Source: a virus
DNA length: 64,000 nucleotides
IMG/VR virus record: IMGVR_UViG_3300036791_000400
Coordinates: 2,650 to 66,649 of that record
Strand: one strand, 5' to 3'
A program made the position numbers and the translations under genes. The notes below the pieces were generated by a model that had not been told where the DNA came from, searched no databases, and saw only the letters and a program-made list of their open reading frames with translations. Positions 28,977-38,700 of the stretch are shown piece after piece; the first letter of the stretch is position 1, and the number at the start of each line of letters is the position of its first letter.

Positions 28977-29707
28977 GTTTGTTCGAACCCCTGGAGCGTC
29001 ATGACAAGATCGCGTTGAGCTTCAGCGGGGGTAAGGACAGCCTTGCCTGCGTGCATCTGTTCCGCGACCACCTCGATCGGATTACGATCTACCACAACGA
29101 CACGGGTGACCTGCTCCCCGAGATGATGGAGAGCGTCGCGAGGGTAGAAGCCTTTGCGCCGCACTTTGTGCGCATCAACTCCAACGTCTCCGAGTTCATC
29201 GCCAAATGGGGCTTGCCCACTGACCTATTACCCTACAGCGCGCATCCGATCGGACGCGCGATGGGTGAGGGCAAGAACCCTCTGGTGTCGCGCTACGATT
29301 GCTGCTGGTCGAATTTGATGTTCCCGCTCTATGCCCGGGTGCTTGACGACAAGAACACCCTGCTCATACGGGGCACCAAGTCAGCCGACATGAACGTGCT
29401 GCCGATCACCTCAGGCGAGGTCACCGACGGGATCGAGATTTACTATCCGATCCAGAGCTGGACCAACGACGACGTGATGATCTACCTGCGGCGCAACCAG
29501 ATACCCATTCCCCGGCTCTACAAATACATGACCAACTCGCCCGAGTGCGCACGCTGCTCGGCGTGGTGGGGCGAGGGTCGCGCCGCCTATCTCAGGCAGT
29601 TTCACCCGGACATCTGGGCCGACTACGACAAGCGCTTGCAGGTGGTGATCGACGAGGTGGCGCTGCCGTTGGCCAATCTCCGTCGTGAGGCAGGAGTGAC
29701 CGAATAA
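28973..29707 (+). CDS. PAPS/APS-reductase-family PP-loop protein with Fe-S motif
   Basis: SFSGGKDS, DTG..LPE, CC pair, PI.SW...DV..YL, ECARC. Confidence 0.85.
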   Translation: MSLFEPLERHDKIALSFSGGKDSLACVHLFRDHLDRITIYHNDTGDLLPEMMESVARVEAFAPHFVRINSNVSEFIAKWGLPTDLLPYSAHPIGRAMGEGKNPLVSRYDCCWSNLMFPLYARVLDDKNTLLIRGTKSADMNVLPITSGEVTDGIEIYYPIQSWTNDDVMIYLRRNQIPIPRLYKYMTNSPECARCSAWWGEGRAAYLRQFHPDIWADYDKRLQVVIDEVALPLANLRREAGVTE

Positions 29708-32700
29708 TGTTCCTCTTGGGGTCGTTTACTTCGGGTCTGTTCAACGGCGCCTCGCAGGCTGCGTCGCTCTACAACATGTACCAGGGCATCGCGGCCGGTG
29801 CGGCGACCGAGGACGCGATGAAGCAGGACCAGCCGACGCCCAAGGTGACCAGCGAACCCGATGCAACCACACCTGATACGGGCGCGGACACACCTGGTGG
29901 CGGCGGTGCAGGCGGCGCGGGTGGTGGCGGGGGCACGGGTGCCGACGAGCGGTTCAATCCGGAACCGAGCAAGCGCACCGTGGTCAAACCGACCACAGGC
30001 GAAGACACCAGACGCAGCCCGGCGGACCCGAACTACAAACCGACCACCGAGGTAACGCCCCCGGGAGCATTACCCAGACCGGCGACCACCGATCCGTATC
30101 GCGTGCCGGCGGCGACCGGCGTGCCGGAGACAACACCCCCTCCAACCACACCGCCAACCTCGGGCGTGCCAAGTGCGGAGGACCAGTCGGCCCAGACCGG
30201 GCTGCCGCTCCCCAGCTCGCCGGCACCCAGGGTCGGCGCGCTGCCGCTCTCCGGCGCGCCATTCAACGCGGCAGGTGTGTCAGGGCCTCCGGGCACGCCC
30301 TCCGGTCCGGCGCCCAACCCGCAGGCTGGCAGGAACTCGTTCACCGACGGGCTTGGTCAGCTCTGGCAGAAAGTCACCGGCCCGAGTGCCGGGTTCACCC
30401 AGCCGCCGGCCGCGCCCTACACCCCGCCGCCGCCCTCGAATACCGTACAACCGGGCGGCTATTTCGGTGGTGGCGCCGGCGATGTGGGAGGCGGGGTTCG
30501 ACGCCCCGTGGTAATACCGCCGCCCCAGCCACCAGCATCGGTTGGCGCACCGCCTGGTGGTGCGCCTGGTGTCGGTGGCGGCGTACCGGTGGCTCAGGAC
30601 CAGCAGCCGGGCTGGGCGGGCCGCGCACTGGTTGCGCAGGCACAGGGTGCCGCGCCGTCCGCACCGGCGGGACCGACCGGACAGTTCGCCGGACCGGGCG
30701 CACCCCCGGCTCAGGACACGGGCACCAGCGCGGGCGATGTCATCCGGGGCGCGCTGGGGATTGGCTCGGCCCAGGCCAAAGAGCCGGGGATTACTACGGG
30801 AGAGACGGCACCAGCCACGGGTGTGTCGGACCGTACCGCGATCCCCACGTCCTATCCCACCGCAGGCGTGCAACCAGCCAAGCCCTCACCGACCGCGCCG
30901 CCCACCCAGGCGCCGGCACCGGTCGCCACCGAGGCCAAGGTCGCACCGGGCCAGACCACACCCTCGAAATCATCCGAGCCGGTCACCCCGGCGTATGCGC
31001 CGCACGTGGACCCGAGCGCGCTGGAGCATTTCAAGCAGACCAACCCGCAACTGGCGCAGTGGATGGTCGACAGCGCGGCGAAGTCAGGCGGCACGGTTAC
31101 CGCCGAACAGCTGGCTCAGACCAAACTGCGCGAGAGCGGCGATAAGATGGGCTATCCGATCGGCGATGGTGGTGCCTCCAAGGGCATCATGCAGATGGGC
31201 GATACCGAGGCGCGCACGGTCGACCCGCAGGGCAGGCTCGACCGGCATGATCCCAGGCAGGCGATCGAATTATCCGCGCAGTATTATCGCTGGCTGGCCG
31301 AGGGTGATCGCACCCGTGGTGGGTTCGGCTCCAACAGCGTACTGACCAACTACGCGTATATGCGCGGTGTCGGCGCGGCGAACGACGTGATGGCGGCCGA
31401 GCGGATGCACCCCGGCAGCGGCATGGACTGGATCAAGCGGGCCAACCCGCAGGCCGCCGGGTTCCTCGACAAGATGTATGGCGGTGATGGTTCGGGCAAC
31501 AACAAGGTGGGATTGCACTTCCCACCGACCGGTCAGGGCAACGGCCAGTACTCCATGTCCGCGATGGTGACCGCAGCACACACCGGCGGTCCCGATGCGT
31601 TGATGAAATACATCTTCACTTCGGGGCCGGTGACGGGCACCACCGACAAGTGGCGTTCCGCGCAGGCGCAGGTCATCTCACACATGATCTCGACCGGGAA
31701 CTATGCCTCGATCGGCGCGGTGACCGACTGGTTCAGCCAGCAGGCGCACCAGGGCGCGCTGTCACACATGGCGGCGGGCTATGAGGCGCTGCAATCGGGC
31801 GACATGCAGACCGCGTCGCAGCAGCTGGCGATGGCGCACGCATTCTTCCCCGACGGCACGTTCGCCAAGTTCGGCGTCTCGGGCGACGGCAAAACTCTGA
31901 TGGGCCAGCAGTTCGACGAGGGCACCATGCAGCCGATCGGGCAGCCGATGCGGATCACCCCCGATACGCTGGCGGCGCACATGATGCACCTGAATCACCC
32001 CGGCAACTTCATTGACGCGTTGCAGAAATTCCAGCTGACCAACTCTGAGCTGTCACTGAACAAGGCCAAGGAGACCTATTTCAGCGGGCGCAACGAGACT
32101 TCGTTGGAGAAGACCCAGTTAAGTCTCGCAGACAGGCAGCGTCATGACGACGCAGTCGAGGCTGGGAAAGACGCTGATCGCAGGTCGCGCGAAGGGATCG
32201 CGGCGCAACGTCAGGAAGGCGCAGCGGACCGTACGGCACGTTCACATGACATCAAGGACAACGAGGCGGACAAATACTACAGCGACCCGGACAACAAGCC
32301 GGCCAACCCCGACGGCTCGAAGATGAGCGACGACCGGTTCGCCACGCAGGGCCAGATCGAACACGAGCTGCGCCGCCAGCCACAGGCATCGGGCGAGCTG
32401 ATGTCTACACCCCTGGCGCGCAACGCGGCGCAGGCGATCGTGCAGGGCCGCCTGTCGCCCAAGCAGCAGCTCGACCAGAACAACAAGCCCACGGGTTACA
32501 CCGACTGGGTTGACAAGGACGGCGCCGCACGTGCCACCACCGACGACAAGACCGCTAACTACTTCATGCATCTGGCGGGCGCCAACCCGAAACGCGCGCC
32601 GGGCCAGCAGGGCGCGCTGAATATCACCAGCCCGGTCGGTGCCGGCGGCGGATCGCCAACTGCGGCGATGCAGGGCATGGGCATGAACATGACCGGGCAG

Positions 32701-32733
32701 CCGTCGCAGGCGCTGCAAACCGCAACGGCCTGA
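29707..32733 (+). CDS. Ejection protein with lytic-transglycosylase-like domain
   Basis: RESG...GASKGIMQ...P.QAI...A.Y...YAYMRG lysozyme-fold motifs after a long Pro/Gly/Thr region. Confidence 0.72.
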   Translation: MFLLGSFTSGLFNGASQAASLYNMYQGIAAGAATEDAMKQDQPTPKVTSEPDATTPDTGADTPGGGGAGGAGGGGGTGADERFNPEPSKRTVVKPTTGEDTRRSPADPNYKPTTEVTPPGALPRPATTDPYRVPAATGVPETTPPPTTPPTSGVPSAEDQSAQTGLPLPSSPAPRVGALPLSGAPFNAAGVSGPPGTPSGPAPNPQAGRNSFTDGLGQLWQKVTGPSAGFTQPPAAPYTPPPPSNTVQPGGYFGGGAGDVGGGVRRPVVIPPPQPPASVGAPPGGAPGVGGGVPVAQDQQPGWAGRALVAQAQGAAPSAPAGPTGQFAGPGAPPAQDTGTSAGDVIRGALGIGSAQAKEPGITTGETAPATGVSDRTAIPTSYPTAGVQPAKPSPTAPPTQAPAPVATEAKVAPGQTTPSKSSEPVTPAYAPHVDPSALEHFKQTNPQLAQWMVDSAAKSGGTVTAEQLAQTKLRESGDKMGYPIGDGGASKGIMQMGDTEARTVDPQGRLDRHDPRQAIELSAQYYRWLAEGDRTRGGFGSNSVLTNYAYMRGVGAANDVMAAERMHPGSGMDWIKRANPQAAGFLDKMYGGDGSGNNKVGLHFPPTGQGNGQYSMSAMVTAAHTGGPDALMKYIFTSGPVTGTTDKWRSAQAQVISHMISTGNYASIGAVTDWFSQQAHQGALSHMAAGYEALQSGDMQTASQQLAMAHAFFPDGTFAKFGVSGDGKTLMGQQFDEGTMQPIGQPMRITPDTLAAHMMHLNHPGNFIDALQKFQLTNSELSLNKAKETYFSGRNETSLEKTQLSLADRQRHDDAVEAGKDADRRSREGIAAQRQEGAADRTARSHDIKDNEADKYYSDPDNKPANPDGSKMSDDRFATQGQIEHELRRQPQASGELMSTPLARNAAQAIVQGRLSPKQQLDQNNKPTGYTDWVDKDGAARATTDDKTANYFMHLAGANPKRAPGQQGALNITSPVGAGGGSPTAAMQGMGMNMTGQPSQALQTATA

Positions 32734-32736
32734 GCG

Positions 32737-35700
32737 ATGCCGCTCGACATCAACGCCGACCCGAACGATCCCGATGTACTGACCAAGCAGCTCGACGACC
32801 AGCGTTCACAGGCGCTGCGCCCGTCGAGCCTGCCGTATGCCCAGACCGACACGCCCTCCCCGCCGACCGGTCAGCCGACCGACGAGGTGCCGCCCACACC
32901 AACAGCAGCACCACCGGCTCAGGGCATTACGACCACCACGCCGGCAGCGCCGACAAGGCACGGGCGTCCGGCGCCACCAGCGCCGGGTAGTTATCATTAC
33001 GCCGACGACGCACAAGGTGCGGGCACCGGCGGGACCACAGCCGGCTGGACTTTCCCGCCGGATATTCCCGACGCGCCGCCACCGTCCAAGTCCGGCCTGG
33101 GCCGCGACATGGTGCGTTCGTTCTGGCAAGGCGCGGTCGCGATGGGCGACGGTGCGGTGCAGGCCGCGCACGCAGTGACCAACCTGATCACGACCAACCC
33201 CGACGTGAACAAGGCGTTCCAGTCCGCGCATCAGTACATGACCAGCTCGATCGAGAGCAGCGTCGATGCGATGTCGCCGGCCGACAGGCAGGCGATGCGG
33301 GCCAAGTTCACCGCACTCTGGTCAGGTGAGAAGGACCCCGAAGGCAACCTGATCCCGAGCCCGTTCGAGGTCGGGTTCGGCCGCTACGTGGCGCTCAACG
33401 CGGCGAACATGCTGCCGTCCTGGGGGCCGATGCTGATCCCCGGCGGGGTGCTCGCCAAGGTGGCGATCTCGGGCATCACGATGGGCGCGCCGAGCGCGGG
33501 CGAGATGTACACCCGGCTCTACGACGGCGTGATGAAGGCGCCGCAGTCAGAGATGGAGCAGTCGCCGGCGTACACGGCGGCGATCAAGGCGGGCCAGTCC
33601 GACGAACAGGCGCGGCTGGAGGTGCTGCGCGGCGCGGCGATCCTCTCGGTCGGCACCGCCGGTGCGCTCGGTACTGCGGCCGGTGCCGGGGTAGGCGGCA
33701 TCCTGGCCAGGGGTGCGCTGGGTGGTGGGGAGCGGATAGCATCCCGGATGGGCATCGGTGCTGCCGAGGCCGGTGCCACGATGGGGGTACAGGGCGCCGG
33801 CACCGAACTGGCGGGCCAGTACGGCGAGAAACGGGCGGGCATCCGGCAGAACTACGATATCGGTCAGGTCATCGCCGAGGGCGTGTCGCAGGGTTTGACC
33901 GGCGCGGCACTCGGTGCCGTCGGCGGGGTGTTCCACAGGCCCACAGCAGCCGAGGTCAGAGAGGAAGAACGCCCGCCAGCGCCAGGAGTATCATCGGATA
34001 CGTCGGCGGCGCTCACCGAGGCGCTGACACCCAGCACACCTGAACCGGGTGGTCCCACCACGACGGCTGATATGTCGGGCATCCCGGGTTATTCTCCCTC
34101 GGGCGTCGAGACCATCCCACGTCGGCCCATGCCAGCCCCACCAGCACCGCCGGTGGCGGCGGGCGAGCCCACGGGTATCCCAGGGTGGTCGCCAGAGGGA
34201 CCGGCGCCTACAGGCTCCACAGCCGCTCCAGCCAGTGCGCCGCCCACGGCACCAGAAACCACCCCAGGAGTACCCCCCACACCATCAGCAGCGCCGCGAC
34301 CAACGCCCCAAGCAGCACCCCAAGCAGCACCGGAAGTACGACCCTCCGCAGGAATGAAGGCCGGCGAGCTGCGCGACGCGCTGACCCAGATGACGGGTCG
34401 GGCGCCGCCGGTGAAGACCAGCGTGGGCGATCTTCGCACGGCCTACGACCGCGAGGTGGCGCGTCAGGCATCATCCACGGTAGCATCGGACGTGACCGGC
34501 AGGCAGGTCGGGTCACAAGCACCCGGCGGTGACGGAGGTCCGGAACCCGAGGCCGTCGCCGGGAAGGCAGCCCCTTCGTCGGAGGTCGATCAACCGGTAG
34601 GCTCACTCCCGGTAGTGACGCCTTCGACGGAGGCGGCGAGGGTCGAGGCTGAGACCCAGGCCGAACCCGGCCCAGATATCACCGTTGCGCCCACCGAGGC
34701 AGTTTCCTCCCAGGTGGCGCAGGGGGAGACCGCGCCCGCAGGTCGGGAGGCAGCGCCCACTCCCAAGGGCGAAGCTGCTGAGGACGCGGTCGAACCCGCC
34801 AAGCCTAAGATTACACCCACCAAGGGCGACACCATCGCCGGCTACAACGTCGACCACGACAAGGTAACCGGGCAGGTCCACGCGGTTGCCAAAGACGGGG
34901 TCATCGCGGTTCGTGACAGCAACGGCGAACTGCACGCGGTCACGCCTGAAAATGTCCTGGAGCACACGCCCAAGCCCCTCACCAAGGGCGAACAACTGCG
35001 GGCCGAGCGCGTCGCCAAGCGCGCCGCTGAGAAAGCCAAGCTCACAGGTGAGAAGATCGAACCCGCTACCGCCCACGTCGCCGGCGAGGAGCAGGAGGTC
35101 GAGACCAAGGCTCCCGAGCGCGAGCCGCGCAGCCTGCCCGAGGCGCGTCAGGACGTGCGTGACGCCCTGGAAATGGCGCAGCGGGACATCCAGCCGGTCA
35201 AGGGAGTGAAGGCATCCCAGGTAGCGCAGAAGGCGGCGCAGGAGCTGGGCGAGCGGTTCGCCAAGGCGAAGACCGAGGGCGACCTGCACGACGCGATCGC
35301 GCACTGGGGGTCGGATAACCCAAACCCATTACCCCTGAGTACCACGCGCCGCTCGGCGCTGGCCGACCGCATGCTCAAGCTGCTCACCGGCAAGGGTCTC
35401 GACGAATACCGTACCGGCGAGACCCCCGAGGCACGGGCTGCGCGGGTCGCGGCCGAGGCACGCGAGGAGATCGCGCGCCAGCCCAAGGCGGTCGAGGACG
35501 AGCGCACGCAGCGCAAGACGGCACTTGAGGAAGCGCACGCGCGTGACGCCGATGTCGAGCGCGAGGTCGCGCATGAGGTCGGCGAAGCAGCGGCACCTGA
35601 AGCAGAGGCTGAAGTCACTCCGGTAGTAAAAGAGCCAGAGGCGGCGACTAAGGCCAAGACCACCAGCAAGGCACGCGAGGCCGAGCGGCTACTGAAGGAT

Positions 35701-38700
35701 GTGCTGGACGGTAAGAAGACCCCGGTGCAGGCCAGCGAGGAATACGGCCTGCCGAAGAAGGGCGCCAAGCCACGCGGCGAGGGGCTGCGCACGTTCCTGG
35801 AATATCTGGTCAACGAGGCCAAGCGCGCCGAGAGCGAGGGTGAGCGCGAGCGCATCATCGCGAAGTCCGAGGCGCAGAACAAAGCCTCCGAGCGAGCGGG
35901 CGGCGAGCATCCCAACAAGAAGAAGGCGCGCACCGAGACCCTGCAACGGGAACTACAGCGTGTCGGTCCCGAGTACGCCGAGAAGATACGCGGCTATGCG
36001 CGCGAGATCGCTGATCCGATCCGGAAGGCCGCTGATGAAGCGGCGGCAGTCAAGCAGGCAGCGGCCGAGAAGATCGCGGCGAAGCTGGGTAAGGGTCCGC
36101 AGGAAATGGCGGCGCCTGAGCGGGCGACACCGGATGGTATCGGTCCCAGCGCGTCACGCTTTGTACAAATGGCGCGCGATCCGCGCATCGGTGCCAATCT
36201 GGTGCGGCATCTGAAAGCTGCGGCGGCGGTCGGCCGGACACTCAGTCTCCATGATGTGCTGCGGTTCGTGCGGGATGATCCGTTGGTGCGTGCCGAAGCC
36301 AGACCGCTGCACGCACTGGCGATGAGACTGCTGAGCAGTCGACTATTGCCTGATGTGCCAGTGCTGACCCCGGAGCAAGGGCGGGCGCGCGGCCTGGTTG
36401 ATGACCAGCGCATGGCGCGTTTCCGATCCGGTAATCTATACGGATATTCGGCGATGGAACACTCCACGCCGCACATCGTACTCAACCCAGATACGTCGTT
36501 TGGCCATATCGAGACGGCGTTGCATGAGGCCATGCACGCGGTGACTTCGCGTTACATCGAACATCTGCGCGAGACCGCTCCCAACCACCCGGATTTACAG
36601 GTGCTGCGCGCGATCAAGCGTGAGCTGAATGATCAGAAAGACCTCGCTTATATGACCGGGCGGATCAGCGGGGACCAGCTCGACAGGATTAACTACGCGT
36701 TGAAGGATGAGCACGAGCTGCATACCGCGCTGATGACCAGCCCCGAGGTGCAAGCCTTCGCCGCTGGTGGGCAAGCTTCTGACGGATTACGGGCTGAGCT
36801 GTCCAGGCTGGGCTTCCCACCGCGTGAACAGGGTCGGTCTGTGTGGCGCTACTTCACCGACTGGGTACGACGCGCGCTGGGAATGGACAAGCCAGCGACG
36901 GTTAGCGAGTACACGCTGCTCGACCATTTGCTGCGACCGATGCAGGAGATCACCGAACGCGGCGGTGAATACGGTCGCTCGATGGATGAACTCAGACAAT
37001 TCCAGCGCGAGTTCGAGCACGACGCACCAAGAGACCCCGAGCTGCGTGCCCAGGCCGAGCCCCTGTATCGCACCGCGACCTCCAGCATGGGCGATCGCGT
37101 GCGCGACACCGCCGATCGTGCCCTCGAACACCTCCCCGACGCGCACACCATGGGCGACAAGGGGCAACAGTTCCTGTTGAACGGCGCCACCACCGACGGG
37201 ATCGTGTCGCGCTATAAGCCTTTAATACCGTCGTTGGAAACCTGGCGGAACGCCCGCGAGGCGATCGCCCGGGTGGGCAAGGTGTTCTCAGATAAGTTCG
37301 CCGACGCCACCTACAAGCTCACCAACGGCTACGCTCAGATCAAAGACCGCAACGCGCTGGGCCAGCTGATGAACGACGCGACGATCGCCGAGGCCAAGTT
37401 GGGCTCGGGGGTGGCAGCCGACGCCAACGCGCACCTGACCACGCCGGCGCAGAAGGCAGCCCTCGCAGACCTACAGGCCCGCTACAACGGACTGTCCGAC
37501 AAGGCCAAGGCGTTCTACGACAACGCGCGCGACATGTACCAGCAATGGCACACCACCAAGCGCGATGCCGAGAAGCGGTCACTGCTCAATACCTGGTGGC
37601 CGGACGCTAGCGACATCGACCGGAAGGCGTTTCTCAAAGCTGCTACGTCGAAGACCGCGATGGAGAAGTATATCGGGTCCGAAATCTCGCCCAAGTTGGG
37701 TCGCGCGATCGGTAAAATTTACAGCCAGGGCTTCGTTCGGGGAGACTATTTCCCGCTGCGCCGGCACGGCGATTATGTGGTGCGCTACGGCGACCGCGAC
37801 GATCCCACCAAGTATGGCGTGGAGATGTTCGAGAAGCGCCGCGATGCCGAGGCGCGGCGCAAGGAGTTGCTGGCGCGCGGTGACGTAGACGACGTGTACC
37901 AGGTCTCCCAGCGTTCCCGCAGCTCGATCCGCGACATCGCACCCGACCATCCGGCGGTGGCTGAACTGACCGACGCCATGATCGCACGCGGCACGCCCAC
38001 TGCCGAGGCGCACGCGGTGCGTGACCAGCTCCAGAGCATACTCCTGGATCACGCGACGCGCTCCGAGGTTGCGCGCGCCAACATGCGGCGCAAGGGCGTG
38101 AAGGGTGCATCGATCGATCAGGGACGGGTACTGGCCGATGAGTTCCTCAACATGCAGGGCTCGCTCGGGCACCTCGAACACGGTGCTGCGGTGGCTCAGG
38201 CACGCAGTGCGATGCGCCGCGAGGTCGAGGACCTCGAAGGGCCGCGTGCGGTGCAGTCGGGCATGGCGGTCACCGGTCGCCAGGTACTGCGCGAAGCCGA
38301 GAAACGCGACGCCACGATCGCCGATCCGAACAGCCTGATGGCATCGCTGGCCCGCAAGGCCAACGTGTTCTCGTTCGCTCACGCCCTGATGTCGCCCTCG
38401 CACATGATCACGGCGAGCATGGAAGCGCACACAAACTCCATGGCGATCCTGGGGGCGCGGCATAACTGGGGCCGCGCGGGGCTGGCGCTCACCACCGCCA
38501 TGAGACAAGCGGGTCCGACGATGTTCACTACCGGAGTGAGGAAGACCCTCGCAGCGGTCAGAGGCGAGCTGAAGGCGACCGACTGGAACATGTCGGACCT
38601 CCTGCGTGACCGGTTCATCAAGGCGGGTGCCAATCGTGCGGGCATGAACATGTTGTTCAAGCGTCTGGAAGACGCCGGCCTGATCGACCACACCATGCTC

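Noticed and set aside
28973-29707. Complete Dnd/Ssp phosphorothioation system or sulfur-assimilation operon
   Set aside because: No cysteine desulfurase, DndD/DndE-like or other cys genes in the window
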